From contig JACQBW010000008.1 of assembly GCA_016194305.1 (NCBI GenBank), forward strand, positions 21,684 through 85,683: a DNA stretch of 64,000 nucleotides, read 5' to 3'. Positions within the stretch are counted from its first letter, which is position 1, and each line of letters starts with the position of its first letter. The position numbers were made by a program, and so were the translations under genes. Below, in pieces: positions 45,696 to 56,193 of this stretch. Below the pieces are notes generated by a model that had not been told where the DNA came from, made no database searches, and worked only from the letters and a program-made list of their open reading frames with translations. Origin of the DNA: Nitrospirota bacterium (GTDB taxonomy: Bacteria; Nitrospirota; Nitrospiria; JACQBW01).

Positions 45696-47781
45696 CGCAG
45701 TAAGTATACAATCCAAATCGGATGGTTTAGCCATCAAGGGCGGCGGAATCGCATTAAGTGTCGGCGTGGTGGGAGTCCTTCTTTTGATGATTATTCCTTT
45801 GCATCCGGTCATTCTGGATCTCTTCCTTGTGTTTAATTTGGGCCTCGCCCTGGTCATTATATTTGTATCGATGTATACGCTACGTCCGATGGAATTTTCG
45901 GTATTTCCTTCGATTCTTCTGGTGGTGACCCTTTTCCGGCTCTCTCTCAATGTCGCAGCAACCCGTTTAATTCTGCTTCACGGTGGAGAAGGGGCTGGCG
46001 CGGCGGGACAAGTCATAAAAGCCATCGGAGATTTTGTCGTCGGTGGCAGCTACACGGTGGGAATCATAGTTTTTATCATTTTAATCGTCATCAATTTTGT
46101 GGTGATTACGAAAGGCGCAGGCCGGATTGCTGAAGTGGCCGCGAGATTTATTCTTGATGCGATGCCAGGAAAGCAGATGAGTATCGATGCCGATCTCAAT
46201 GCCGGATTAATTGACGAAAAGGAAGCCAGAAAAAGAAGGAGTGCCATCTCCTCGGAGGCCGATTTCTACGGTGCCATGGATGGCGCCAGCAAATTTGTCC
46301 GGGGAGATGCCATTGCTGCGATTTTGATTATTGTCGTGAATATTGTCGGCGGTCTGGTCATCGGAATCTTTCAAAAGGGTATGACCCTTGCCGATGCTGC
46401 TCAGAATTTTACCCTTCTGACGGTGGGCGAAGGTCTGGTCGCCCAGTTCCCGGGACTGATCATTTCAACAGCGGCAGGTATCGTGATGACCCGGGCCGCT
46501 TCAGAATCAAACCTGGGTTCAGAAGTATCTCGTCAGATCCTGCTTCATCCTCAGGCACTCTATGCAGCGGCCGGGATTATTTTTGTCCTGGGAATGATTC
46601 CAGGGTTCCCCCACCTTGCGTTTCTCACACTTGCCGGAGGAATGGGCGGTATAGGATTAATCGCCGAAAGAACGAAACAGGCGGAAAAAAAGGCCTCTTT
46701 ATTGCCAGAAAAGACAAAAATAGAGACTGTGACAAATGAAAAAGGGGAGGGTTATTCGCCGCTTGACCTCATGGAATTGAATATTGGATATTCGTTGATT
46801 TCTCTCGTGGATGAAACCCGGGGAGGGGAATTGCTGAAGCGAATTGCGGCACTTCGGAAACAACTTGCGACCGAACTGGGATTTGTCGTTCCTCCCATAC
46901 ATATCCGGGACAATCTTCAGATGAAGCCGAATGAATATCAAATATTGATCAAAGGAATTGAAGTGGCCGGAGGAGAATTGATGGCAGGACATTTTCTGGC
47001 CATGAATCCTTCGGGGGGAGAACGGGGTATTCCGGGTATACCGACCAAGGAGCCCTGTTTCGGACTGCCGGCAATCTGGGTCACTGAACAGGAAAAGGAA
47101 CGGGCACAAATTGCCGGTTTCACTGTTGTAGATCCGCCTTCGGTGATTGCAACCCATTTAACGGAAATCATCCGTTCTCACGCTCATGAACTTCTCGGAA
47201 GGCAGGAAGTACAACACCTGCTTGATCAATATGGCAAGCATTCTCCCAAACTGGTCGAGGAGCTGATTCCGCACCTTTTGACCGTGGGCGCGGTGACCCG
47301 TGTTCTCGGTAATCTTCTGAAAGAGCGAGTGCCGATTAGAGATCTTCGGACGATACTCGAAACTCTGGCGGATTACGCTCCGGGTCAGAAAGATGCCGAT
47401 CATTTGACGGAATTCGTTAGACAGGCTCTTTCCAGAACCATTACGCATCAATACCAGTCGGCCAATCGAAATTTGAATGTGATCGGACTTGATCCCCGGC
47501 TCGATCACAAGATCGCCTCGGGAATTCAACAATCAAATCAGGGTTCTTTCCTGACGCTCGACCCGGTCTGGGTCCAGCAGATTCTTGGAAAGATTAAGCA
47601 GGCCGCAGACCGGATGGCCATTAAGAACGAACAGCCTGTTCTTCTCTGTTCTCCTGTCACAAGGCCTCACATTAAGAGATTAATGGAAAGAGCCATGCCG
47701 GCTGTTCCCGTGCTCTCAACCGGAGAAGTGTCTCCTCAAGTGAGAATCGTGGCGATGGAAAATATCATCGAGCCCCAATGA
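45688..47781 (+). CDS. flhA: Flagellar type III export apparatus protein
   Basis: 697 aa. FHIPQ-region homologue RFILDAMPGKQMSIDADLNAGLI and a C-terminal cytoplasmic domain. Confidence 0.9.
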   Translation: MADAVSIQSKSDGLAIKGGGIALSVGVVGVLLLMIIPLHPVILDLFLVFNLGLALVIIFVSMYTLRPMEFSVFPSILLVVTLFRLSLNVAATRLILLHGGEGAGAAGQVIKAIGDFVVGGSYTVGIIVFIILIVINFVVITKGAGRIAEVAARFILDAMPGKQMSIDADLNAGLIDEKEARKRRSAISSEADFYGAMDGASKFVRGDAIAAILIIVVNIVGGLVIGIFQKGMTLADAAQNFTLLTVGEGLVAQFPGLIISTAAGIVMTRAASESNLGSEVSRQILLHPQALYAAAGIIFVLGMIPGFPHLAFLTLAGGMGGIGLIAERTKQAEKKASLLPEKTKIETVTNEKGEGYSPLDLMELNIGYSLISLVDETRGGELLKRIAALRKQLATELGFVVPPIHIRDNLQMKPNEYQILIKGIEVAGGELMAGHFLAMNPSGGERGIPGIPTKEPCFGLPAIWVTEQEKERAQIAGFTVVDPPSVIATHLTEIIRSHAHELLGRQEVQHLLDQYGKHSPKLVEELIPHLLTVGAVTRVLGNLLKERVPIRDLRTILETLADYAPGQKDADHLTEFVRQALSRTITHQYQSANRNLNVIGLDPRLDHKIASGIQQSNQGSFLTLDPVWVQQILGKIKQAADRMAIKNEQPVLLCSPVTRPHIKRLMERAMPAVPVLSTGEVSPQVRIVAMENIIEPQ

Positions 47782-48980
47782 AAATTAAGAAATTTGAAGC
47801 CGCCGAGATATCCGAGGCCCTTCGTGCGATCCGCGAAGAACTTGGCCCGGATGCCGTTATTCTCTCAACAAGAGAAGTCGCCCAGTCCGGAAAGGGCTCA
47901 TCCGTTCGACACAGGGTTGAAGTGACCGCGGCAGTTGAGTTTACATCAACGGTCCCTGAAAAAACGAATTCTGAACAGGTGAAATTCGATCAGATCTTCC
48001 AGGAGCTGATTCCGAAGATCGAGAAGGGAGAGGAGATCTATTCAATCCGGGAAGAACTCAGAAGTATCAAAGAATCCATTCTCTCCCTGCAGCTCTCTCC
48101 CCGGCTTGAAAGTAACCAATTTTATGGTAGGCTTTATGACGTATGTCGGGATTTGAGTAAGGTTTCGACAGATTCTCCAATTAGAACGGAGCTGAATGAT
48201 CTGCATCAAAATGGTGTCCGGCTATATGACCGTCTCTTGCATAGCGGAGTCGATCATCAGACGGCGATAGGTCTCGTTAGGTTAATGGATGAAAAGATCT
48301 CTCCATCAGAAAGTGAAAAGGAAAATTTTTATAAGAACTATCTTGAAGAGGTTATCAAAGGAATGGTCCTGAAAATTTCATCCGTAACTACCGTGGAAGA
48401 AGAACCTTCTCTGACTCTCCTGGTCGGTCCGGCCGGAGTCGGAAAAACCACGACACTTGCAAAACTGGCTTCGCAAAAAGTGATGAAGAATCAGAACGCT
48501 GTCATGGTAACGCTCGATACGTCCCGGATTGGCGCTCTCGATCAGCTCAATGCGTTTGGAAAGGTAATCGGTGTTCCGGTTTATGCGGCATCGTCGGTGG
48601 GCGAACTAAAGGGGATGATTGCCAGAAGAAGAAAGAGAGACTTTATTTTTATTGATACTCCAGGAAATTTGAATGGATGTCTCAACCGGCTTTCGGAATT
48701 GGGGAATTTGAAAAAAAGCGGAACGCCTTTAGCGACTCATCTGGTTTTATCCGCGCATACCCGGGAAGAAGAGTTGGATGAAATGTCCGGTAGATTCTCG
48801 GCTGTCCCTGTTGATCAGTTTATTTTTACAAAAACAGATGAGACGAAGCGATTTGGACATCTTCTCTCCATGATGAGAAAAAATAAAAAATCCATTTCTT
48901 ATCTGACCATGGGCCAGAGGATTCCCGAAGACATTGTAACTGCGACCCCGAAAAGAGTTGCAGAACTGATTTTAAAATAA
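47778..48980 (+). CDS. flhF: Flagellar placement SRP-type GTPase
   Basis: LVGPAGVGKTTTLAKLA, DTPG, TKTDE motifs. Confidence 0.8.
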   Translation: MKIKKFEAAEISEALRAIREELGPDAVILSTREVAQSGKGSSVRHRVEVTAAVEFTSTVPEKTNSEQVKFDQIFQELIPKIEKGEEIYSIREELRSIKESILSLQLSPRLESNQFYGRLYDVCRDLSKVSTDSPIRTELNDLHQNGVRLYDRLLHSGVDHQTAIGLVRLMDEKISPSESEKENFYKNYLEEVIKGMVLKISSVTTVEEEPSLTLLVGPAGVGKTTTLAKLASQKVMKNQNAVMVTLDTSRIGALDQLNAFGKVIGVPVYAASSVGELKGMIARRRKRDFIFIDTPGNLNGCLNRLSELGNLKKSGTPLATHLVLSAHTREEELDEMSGRFSAVPVDQFIFTKTDETKRFGHLLSMMRKNKKSISYLTMGQRIPEDIVTATPKRVAELILK

Positions 48981-48991
48981 AGGAGACATGG

Positions 48992-49834
48992 ATGATTGAC
49001 CCGGAACTGGTTTTGAAACGTCGCCCGAAAGTCATCTCGGTAACGAGTGGTAAGGGAGGAGTGGGAAAGACCAATATTGTAGCCAATCTGGCCATTGCGC
49101 TTTCGCGTCTCGGTAAGTCGGTTTTGATCCTGGATGCGGATCTCGGACTTGGGAATATCGACGTGCTTCTCGGCCTGGCTCCTCGCTATACGCTCGAGCA
49201 TGTCATTCTGGGTGAAAAGAGTCTTTCTGACGTCATTTGCGATGGACCCGCGGGAATTAAGATCCTTCCAACCGGTTCGGGAGTGGAAGAGCTGACTGCC
49301 ATGACGCCTGAGCAGAAATTGATTCTTCTTTCGGAATTCGACCGTCTCGAGACGAGCATCGACGTGTTTCTGATTGATACTGGGGCGGGAATTTCATCGA
49401 ATGTTCTCTATTTTAACTCAATCGCCGAAGAAATCATTGTGATTTTGACTCCGGAGCCGACCTCTCTAACCGACGCCTATGCCGTCATTAAAGTTCTTTC
49501 TCAAAATTATGGCGAAAAGAATTTTAAAGTCTTGGTGAATATGGCGCGAAACGGGAATGATGCCAAAGACGCATTTCAGAAATTAAGCCTTGTGTCGGAC
49601 CGGTTTCTGGAGGTCGCCGTAGATTATCTCGGTTTTATTTCTATGGATGACTATATTCCAATGTCGGTGTCGCAGCAGAAGGCCGTGGTGGCCTGCTTTC
49701 CCCTGGCCCGTGCGAGCCAGGAATTTAATCGATTGGCTGCCCAGATTATGAACTGGCCCGCAAATGCCATTCCAAAAGGGAATATCCAGCTCTTCTGGAG
49801 AAGAATGTTTGAACCGGTTTCCGGTGGGGTATGA
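48992..49834 (+). CDS. flhG: MinD-like ATPase regulating flagellar number (FlhG/FleN)
   Basis: VTSGKGGVGKT deviant Walker A. Operon position after flhF. Confidence 0.8.
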   Translation: MIDPELVLKRRPKVISVTSGKGGVGKTNIVANLAIALSRLGKSVLILDADLGLGNIDVLLGLAPRYTLEHVILGEKSLSDVICDGPAGIKILPTGSGVEELTAMTPEQKLILLSEFDRLETSIDVFLIDTGAGISSNVLYFNSIAEEIIVILTPEPTSLTDAYAVIKVLSQNYGEKNFKVLVNMARNGNDAKDAFQKLSLVSDRFLEVAVDYLGFISMDDYIPMSVSQQKAVVACFPLARASQEFNRLAAQIMNWPANAIPKGNIQLFWRRMFEPVSGGV

Positions 49835-49844
49835 GGAACGGACC

Positions 49845-50585
49845 ATGAGCAGTTCGAATTCAGCGGGAGGCGTCAGCCATCAGGGGACTCTGGATGAAAA
49901 ACTTCTCGCCGAATTTGCTCCCCTTATCCGTTATATGGCATATCGTTATTCATTCCGTCTCCCCCCGTCCATGGACACAGATGATCTGATTCACGCAGGT
50001 ATTCTTGGCTTAATGGACGCGTTGGACAAATACGACTCCGCGAAAGAAGCCCGGTTTAAGACCTATGCCGAATTCCGTATCCGGGGGGCGATGCTCGACG
50101 AAATTCGTTCTCAAAACTGGATTCCCAGGTCGATTCAGGAAAAGATCTCGCTTTTGAATAGAACGACCGAGGAATTGAGCAAACGTCTGGGAAGGGAACC
50201 GGAACCCGAAGAATTAGGTGCTGAGTTGAATATGGAAAAGAAAGAACTGGATCTTTTTCTCTATCAAGCTCGCGCCTCTTCTCTTTTGAGTCTGGATGAC
50301 CTGGGTCTGGAAAACAGTGACGAGAAATCCTTTTATGAGGCGCTTGCGAACGACGGAACCGAAGACCCGCTATTTTCACTATTGTCGCAGGAGTCAAATC
50401 AGAAATTGGTCAAGGCCATTGCGCTACTGCCGGAAAAAGAAAAATGGGTTATTTCTCTCTATTATCGTGAAGAACTCAATATGAAAGATATCGGAAAAAT
50501 TTTGAAAGTAACAGAGTCCCGGGTCTGTCAGCTCCATGCGCAGGCCATCATTCGGCTAAAAACTGAATTGGCCAAGTCGGAGTAA
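49845..50585 (+). CDS. fliA: Flagellar sigma factor sigma-28
   Basis: Sigma-70 regions 2-4 (DLIHAGILGLMDALDKYD...RVCQLHAQAIIRLK). Position after flhG. RBS gaggaacgg. Confidence 0.8.
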   Translation: MSSSNSAGGVSHQGTLDEKLLAEFAPLIRYMAYRYSFRLPPSMDTDDLIHAGILGLMDALDKYDSAKEARFKTYAEFRIRGAMLDEIRSQNWIPRSIQEKISLLNRTTEELSKRLGREPEPEELGAELNMEKKELDLFLYQARASSLLSLDDLGLENSDEKSFYEALANDGTEDPLFSLLSQESNQKLVKAIALLPEKEKWVISLYYREELNMKDIGKILKVTESRVCQLHAQAIIRLKTELAKSE

Positions 50586-50700
50586 AAGAAATAGTAAATT
50601 CTGGACAATTTAGTGAGCAAAGCGAGCGAGAGGGGGAGGCTCCATCCGGCTATGCCGGTGGAGGGGGCGACGCTAGCCCCTATAGACAAGGAGTGTCGTA

Positions 50701-53343
50701 ATGGACGAACAAGACGAGATATTAAACGATTTTCTAGTGGAATGTTCTGAAGGCCTGGGAAAGCTTGATCAGGATTTTGTTGTTTTGGAAAAGGAAACGA
50801 CCAATACCGCTCTGATCGGGAGTATTTTCAGAACAATTCATACGATTAAAGGAACCTGTGGATTCCTGGGGCTTCCCAAACTTGAAAATGTCGCGCACGG
50901 TGCTGAAAATGTCCTCTCGAAGATGAGAGATGGAAAAATGGCGGTCACGCCTGAATCCATTACCGTACTTCTCGAAGCGGTTGACAATATCAAGGAGATA
51001 ATGGGTCACATCGGACAGAAAAGAAAGGAACCGGAAAAGAATTACGATTTTATTCGCCAGAAACTCGATGCACTTTTAAACGGGAATACGCCTCTTCCGA
51101 CCGCGGTTTCTCCGGCGGAAGTTGCTGACAAAACGGTCTCAGCTTCGCCTGAAGTCCGGGCAGGAGAGCCCGTCGCTGTTTCACCTCCTGTTCCCCAGTT
51201 CAAGCCAGACCTGCCGAGAGAAGAGCCGGTCGCTCCTGCTTCAGAAAAAGGGCACTCCGTCGTGGAGAGTTCAATCAGGGTGAATATCGACATTCTGGAC
51301 AAATTGATGAATCTGGTCGGAGAACTGGTTCTTGCCAGAAACCAACTGGTACAGCGTGTGCGGGAACGGGATGACACCATTTATGCCGGTTCAGCCCAGC
51401 GCCTCAATCTAGTCACGACCGAGCTCCAGGATGCCGTGATGAAAACGAGGATGCAGCCCATTAAGAATGTCTGGGATAAGTTTCCAAGAGTGGTTCGCGA
51501 TCTCGCCAAATCTCAGGGAAAAGAGGTGGACCTGGTTATGGAAGGGGCCGATACGGAACTGGATCGAACCCTTCTCGAAGCGATTAAGGATCCCCTGACC
51601 CATATAGTCAGAAATACCGTGGATCATGGAATTGAATCGTCTGAAGTTCGAAAGGAAAGAGGAAAACCCGCCAAAGGCACCCTGCATCTTAAGGCCTATC
51701 ATGGCGGAGGACAGATTATTGTCGAAATTAGAGATGATGGAGGAGGCATAAACGTCGAGAAAGTGAAGAAAAAGGCTGTGGAAAAGGGCCTGATTACCCA
51801 GGAAAAAGGTGACAGCCTCTCCGAAAGGGAAGCGCTGGACTTGATCTTCCTGCCTGGTTTATCCACAGCCGAAAAAGTGACCAATGTCTCGGGACGAGGG
51901 GTTGGAATGGATGTGGTCAAGACCAATATTGAGAAAATTGGGGGAACTCTTGAAATTTCGAGTCAGTCGGGAAAAGGGATGACGCTTGGCATCACCATTC
52001 CGTTGACGCTTGCGATCATTCCGGCGCTCATGATCACATCGAAAGGGGAGTCCTTCGCGATTCCCCAGTCCAGTCTCATTGAACTCGTGATGGTCGACGA
52101 AACGGTCGGACAAAAAATTGAAATGATTCATAACAGGGAATTTTTGAGACTTCGCGGGTCGCTCCTTTCTTTAGTCAGGCTGGATCGGCTTTTTAAACTC
52201 AAGGGGGAGAAAGAGTTTTCTGTAATCGGGTCAGGGCTGTCGGAAAATGTGACGAATATTGTTGTCTTGGGGAATGAGGAGTGCCGTTTTGGATTGATTG
52301 TCGACGAAGTGAATGATAGTCAGGAAATTGTGGTGAAGCCTTTGAGCAACTATCTCAAAAGTCTTCATGTGTTTGCCGGAGCAACGATACTGGGAAACGG
52401 CAGGGTCTCATTGATTCTCGATGCAGCGGGCATTTCCCAGGAAGGAATAAAGCAGCAACATTCTTCTCCTCAGGCCGAGGTTGTGAGCAAGGAAGAGATA
52501 TCAAATCTGGATCCCGAAAGGGAAAGACAGAGCCTGCTGACGTTTACGTTTAACGGGGAAGACCGGTTTGCGATGCCTCTGCCGGTCGTAACCCGGCTTG
52601 AAGAATTTGATCTCAGCCGAGTTGAGAAAATGGCAGGAGGAGAAGTGATTCAATACCGCGGTACGCTCCTTCATCTGGTTCGTCTGGAACAGAGTTTCGG
52701 CCGCGTCAATTCGATCAAGAGTTCTGAAAAACTATCTGTGATTGTCTTCTCCGAGGAAAAGAGAAGCATTGGTCTTGTCGTCGGTGGAATTTTAGATATT
52801 ATCGAGGAAGAGGTGGTGATTTACCCTCCCACCTCTGATTTGACAGGAATAATCGGATCCGTTGTTGTGGGCGGAAAAACGACAGAACTGCTGGATGTTT
52901 TCCAAATTTTGGACAAGTTACATCCAGAGTGGTTCAAGGATCACCTCAAAAACAGGGAGAATATGGAATATAGCATTCTCCATGTTGATGATTCTCTCTT
53001 CTTCAGAAGAATGGTAAAGCCCCATCTTGAAATGTGGGGATACCGTGTTGCCTGGGCCGCGAATCCGGTGGAGGCCCTCAATTTCATGGAAACCAACAAG
53101 ATTGATTTGATTATTACGGATATTGAAATGCCTGAAATGACAGGTTTTGAGCTGGCGGGCCGGGTCACTGGAAATCCGAAATTAAGAGATATTCCGATCG
53201 TGGCGTTAAGCGCGCTTAATTCTGAGTCGGATTTTGAAAAGGGTCGAACATCGGGATTTTCCGATTTTCTCATCAAATACGACCGCGAAGCGCTTCTGGC
53301 TACCTTGCAACGAATCCTGGCCGGGAGAGTGGTTCATGCCTGA
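50701..53343 (+). CDS. cheA: Chemotaxis histidine kinase CheA with C-terminal CheW-like and receiver domains (CheA-REC hybrid)
   Basis: Hpt HTIKGTCGFLG; HATPase (GRGVGMDVV); two CheW-like segments; C-terminal REC (ILHVDDS...ITDIEMPEMTGFEL). Confidence 0.9.
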   Translation: MDEQDEILNDFLVECSEGLGKLDQDFVVLEKETTNTALIGSIFRTIHTIKGTCGFLGLPKLENVAHGAENVLSKMRDGKMAVTPESITVLLEAVDNIKEIMGHIGQKRKEPEKNYDFIRQKLDALLNGNTPLPTAVSPAEVADKTVSASPEVRAGEPVAVSPPVPQFKPDLPREEPVAPASEKGHSVVESSIRVNIDILDKLMNLVGELVLARNQLVQRVRERDDTIYAGSAQRLNLVTTELQDAVMKTRMQPIKNVWDKFPRVVRDLAKSQGKEVDLVMEGADTELDRTLLEAIKDPLTHIVRNTVDHGIESSEVRKERGKPAKGTLHLKAYHGGGQIIVEIRDDGGGINVEKVKKKAVEKGLITQEKGDSLSEREALDLIFLPGLSTAEKVTNVSGRGVGMDVVKTNIEKIGGTLEISSQSGKGMTLGITIPLTLAIIPALMITSKGESFAIPQSSLIELVMVDETVGQKIEMIHNREFLRLRGSLLSLVRLDRLFKLKGEKEFSVIGSGLSENVTNIVVLGNEECRFGLIVDEVNDSQEIVVKPLSNYLKSLHVFAGATILGNGRVSLILDAAGISQEGIKQQHSSPQAEVVSKEEISNLDPERERQSLLTFTFNGEDRFAMPLPVVTRLEEFDLSRVEKMAGGEVIQYRGTLLHLVRLEQSFGRVNSIKSSEKLSVIVFSEEKRSIGLVVGGILDIIEEEVVIYPPTSDLTGIIGSVVVGGKTTELLDVFQILDKLHPEWFKDHLKNRENMEYSILHVDDSLFFRRMVKPHLEMWGYRVAWAANPVEALNFMETNKIDLIITDIEMPEMTGFELAGRVTGNPKLRDIPIVALSALNSESDFEKGRTSGFSDFLIKYDREALLATLQRILAGRVVHA

Positions 53344-53893
53344 CCATCCCAAAAGAGGAGTTGGATTGGAAAAACAGAGAACAGGAGAACGCAGAGGTCA
53401 AGCGGCCTCAAGAAGTACCTATACCGGCGAACAACAGAGAAACAGCATTTCCGATCGGCGGCATAAGAATAATCAGCAGTACACAACGTTTTATATTGAT
53501 AATCATTATTTTGGAATAGAGGTCTTAAAGGTTCAGGAAGTCCTGAATATGCAGGAGATGACCCCGGTTCCTCTGGCTGCGCCAGGGATAGCGGGACTCA
53601 TTAATCTGCGAGGACATATCGTAATGGCTCTTGATTTGAGATCGATTCTCGGTTTTTCATCCCGATCTGGCGCCGGTGGAGGCATGAACGTCGTGGTTCA
53701 ATCCGGGGAAGGTCCGTTAAGTTTTCTGGTCGATCGGATCGGAGATGTGATTGAAGTGCTTCCCGATCTGTTTGAGCCTTCCCCTGGAAGTCTGGACGAT
53801 ACGTTATCTTCCGTTGTCGACGGTGTTTACAAGTTGAAAGATCAGCTTTTATTGGTCCTAAATTGCGAAAAAATATTCCAGCACGAAGATTAG
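53336..53893 (+). CDS. cheW: Chemotaxis coupling protein
   Basis: CheW domain YTTFYIDNHYFGIEVLKVQEVL...LINLRGHIVMALDLR. Arg/Gln-rich N-terminal extension. Confidence 0.8.
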   Translation: MPDHPKRGVGLEKQRTGERRGQAASRSTYTGEQQRNSISDRRHKNNQQYTTFYIDNHYFGIEVLKVQEVLNMQEMTPVPLAAPGIAGLINLRGHIVMALDLRSILGFSSRSGAGGGMNVVVQSGEGPLSFLVDRIGDVIEVLPDLFEPSPGSLDDTLSSVVDGVYKLKDQLLLVLNCEKIFQHED

Positions 53894-54033
53894 TATCATC
53901 ATGCGGATCTGTATTCGAAGCGGAAAATTAGAATTCGGGTAGAATATAAGAAAGCAGATTGTTTTCCAAATAGGCAAATGACCTCTAACCAGAGGTTTAG
54001 AGTTTAAATAATTTGTAAAGGGCTGACAAGGCC

Positions 54034-54414
54034 ATGAAGACGCTGATTGTTGACGACTCCGGTCCGATCCGGAAGATCATGAAAAAAATGCTTGTGGAAA
54101 TGAGACACGAAGTTCTTGAGGCAGAAAATGGTCAGGATGCGCTTCGTCAATTGGAGTCTCACCCGGATATCGGGCTGATGTTGACGGATTGGAACATGCC
54201 GGTCATGACAGGCATTGAACTTCTTGAAGCCATTCGAGGAAAGGGAGAATTTTTTCCGAAGCCGGTTATTGTGATGGTGACGACCGAAAATGAAGAGTCC
54301 AAAATCGCAAGGGCCCTTGTCACTGGGGCCGATGAATATATTATGAAGCCCTTTTCGAAAGAGATTCTCGAAGAGAAGCTTAACTTGTTAGGAATCGAAA
54401 AAGGGAGTGCCTGA
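54034..54414 (+). CDS. cheY: CheY-like single-domain response regulator
   Basis: MKTLIVDDSGPIRK...LTDWNMPVMTGIELL...KP receiver motifs. Confidence 0.8.
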   Translation: MKTLIVDDSGPIRKIMKKMLVEMRHEVLEAENGQDALRQLESHPDIGLMLTDWNMPVMTGIELLEAIRGKGEFFPKPVIVMVTTENEESKIARALVTGADEYIMKPFSKEILEEKLNLLGIEKGSA

Positions 54415-54517
54415 TCAAATCTCTTTGGTCAGGGAATCTCAAAATGGAAATATCTTGTTATTTTATGAATGGGTCGTTATTTTAAAGGCATCTATTTAAC
54501 AATAAAGGAGGAAAGTT

Positions 54518-55663
54518 ATGAAAAGAAAAACTTTTGCATGCAGGTCTTCCATTCTTGTTTTGTTTCTTGTTTTAATGTTTGTTGATTCACTCCCTTCGAA
54601 AGCCTTTGAGTTCAAGGGATTCTCGGATGTGAAATATCGGGAGACCAATCTTGAGAACTGTCCCTGCGGTTTTGGGCTCGGCGCCGTGGATCTCTACCTT
54701 TCTGAACAGCTCAATGACCGGATGGATTTTTTGGCGGAAATTGCGTTTGAGTTCGACCACGGGGGAGATGGCTATGGTCTCGATGTGGAGAGGCTTCAGG
54801 TCGGCTATGCCTTTAATGACAATATCAAGGTCCGGGTGGGGCGTTTCCATAATATTTTGGGGTATTGGAATACCGCTTTTCATCATGGGGTTCAGCTTCA
54901 GACTTCGATATATCGCCCTCAACTCGTGGCATTTGAAGATGGGGGTGGACTGCTGCCGATTCACATTGTCGGAATCTGGTTTGATGGCAAATACCGTACT
55001 CCGGTTGGAAAAATCAATTACGGACTGATGGTCGGCAACGGGCCAAAAATATTCAATACCCAGCTGCAGCCCAATGCCGGGGGAGATAATTCTTCCAACA
55101 AGTCGGTATCAGCCAATATTACGCTCCATCCGTCTCAGTTGGAAGGTCTGGCATTGGGGGTCTCCGGAGATGTCCTCACGATCAACGATTTTGCGCCCAT
55201 TGCTAACACACCGGGTCCATTCGCTGGCGGGTCGTTAACTCCCACGACTGAAATCGCCCAGACGATCTATGGAGCGCATGTGGTCTATTTTGGCGACAAA
55301 ATAGAACTTTTGAGTGAATATTACTATATTACCAATACCGATAAACTGACTCAGCCTAACCCGGTTTACTCCAGTCACGGCTATTTTATTCATGCCGGCT
55401 ATCGTCTATTAAAAGATATTATGCCTTACGTTCGATATGAGGAGCTAGGGGTGGATGATAACGATCCTTTTTATCAAGCCATCAATAATCCCGAATTTTT
55501 GACGGTCGATTTCTCTCAGCAGACTTCTACAGTCAGCTATATGGGAGGCATTCGTTACGATCTGACGCAAAATTCTTCACTCAAGGGGGAATATCAGACC
55601 AGAAACATTGCAGGCATGGAGGCGGTTAAATCGTATACGCTTCAATGGGCTTTCAGTTTCTAA
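54518..55663 (+). CDS. Outer-membrane beta-barrel protein, porin-like (possibly phosphate-selective porin O/P family)
   Basis: Signal peptide. Alternating amphipathic beta-strand pattern. C-terminal ...YTLQWAFSF with terminal Phe. Strong RBS aaggagg. Confidence 0.55.
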   Translation: MKRKTFACRSSILVLFLVLMFVDSLPSKAFEFKGFSDVKYRETNLENCPCGFGLGAVDLYLSEQLNDRMDFLAEIAFEFDHGGDGYGLDVERLQVGYAFNDNIKVRVGRFHNILGYWNTAFHHGVQLQTSIYRPQLVAFEDGGGLLPIHIVGIWFDGKYRTPVGKINYGLMVGNGPKIFNTQLQPNAGGDNSSNKSVSANITLHPSQLEGLALGVSGDVLTINDFAPIANTPGPFAGGSLTPTTEIAQTIYGAHVVYFGDKIELLSEYYYITNTDKLTQPNPVYSSHGYFIHAGYRLLKDIMPYVRYEELGVDDNDPFYQAINNPEFLTVDFSQQTSTVSYMGGIRYDLTQNSSLKGEYQTRNIAGMEAVKSYTLQWAFSF

Positions 55664-55676
55664 GGGAGGTTTTGAC

Positions 55677-56153
55677 ATGAGGTTAAACCAAACTGGAATG
55701 AATATGAGGAGAAGAGAGATGAGAATCGGAATTGGAATTCTGGTATTTATGGTGACGATCATCGGAGGGATTCTTGCGGTTCAGGCAAGGGAAATTGCAG
55801 TTGTGGTCAATGAACAGGCCCCTCTGTCTTCCATTACCCTGTCCGAGTTAAAAGACATTTATCTGGGAGAAAAAGCGTTCTGGGGTTCGGTAAAAATCAA
55901 ACCGCTTGATCAAGAGGGGGAGAAGCCGGTTCGAACCGGTTTTCTGACCACCATACTCAAAACAACGGCCGAATCGTACGACAGCTACTGGACCAAGAAA
56001 TTATTCCAGGATGGAGGCGTTTCTCCCGGAAAGAAGAAATCGTCTGGAGAAGTCTTGGATGCGGTGTCCCAGGATGTTGGCGCGATTGGTTATGTATATA
56101 AGGATGAAATCTCGGGAAAGGCCGGAATCAAGGTGATATTTACATCCAAATAA
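55677..56153 (+). CDS. Short periplasmic PstS-like (PBP superfamily) phosphate-binding-domain protein
   Basis: Signal/TM, then [18 protein letters not shown] (PstS N-lobe-like) and [11 protein letters not shown] (PstS C-terminal-like). Only ~125 aa mature. Strong RBS aagggagg. Confidence 0.5.
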   Translation: MRLNQTGMNMRRREMRIGIGILVFMVTIIGGILAVQAREIAVVVNEQAPLSSITLSELKDIYLGEKAFWGSVKIKPLDQEGEKPVRTGFLTTILKTTAESYDSYWTKKLFQDGGVSPGKKKSSGEVLDAVSQDVGAIGYVYKDEISGKAGIKVIFTSK

Positions 56154-56193
56154 ACGGTTGAGAGGTCTCGAAGAGATTCGAGGAGAAATGACG

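Noticed and set aside
53981-53996. Short hairpin acctct-aacc-agaggt followed by a T-rich tract ~90 nt after cheW
   Set aside because: Only a 6-bp stem with 50% GC. A weak terminator at best, so not reported as a feature.
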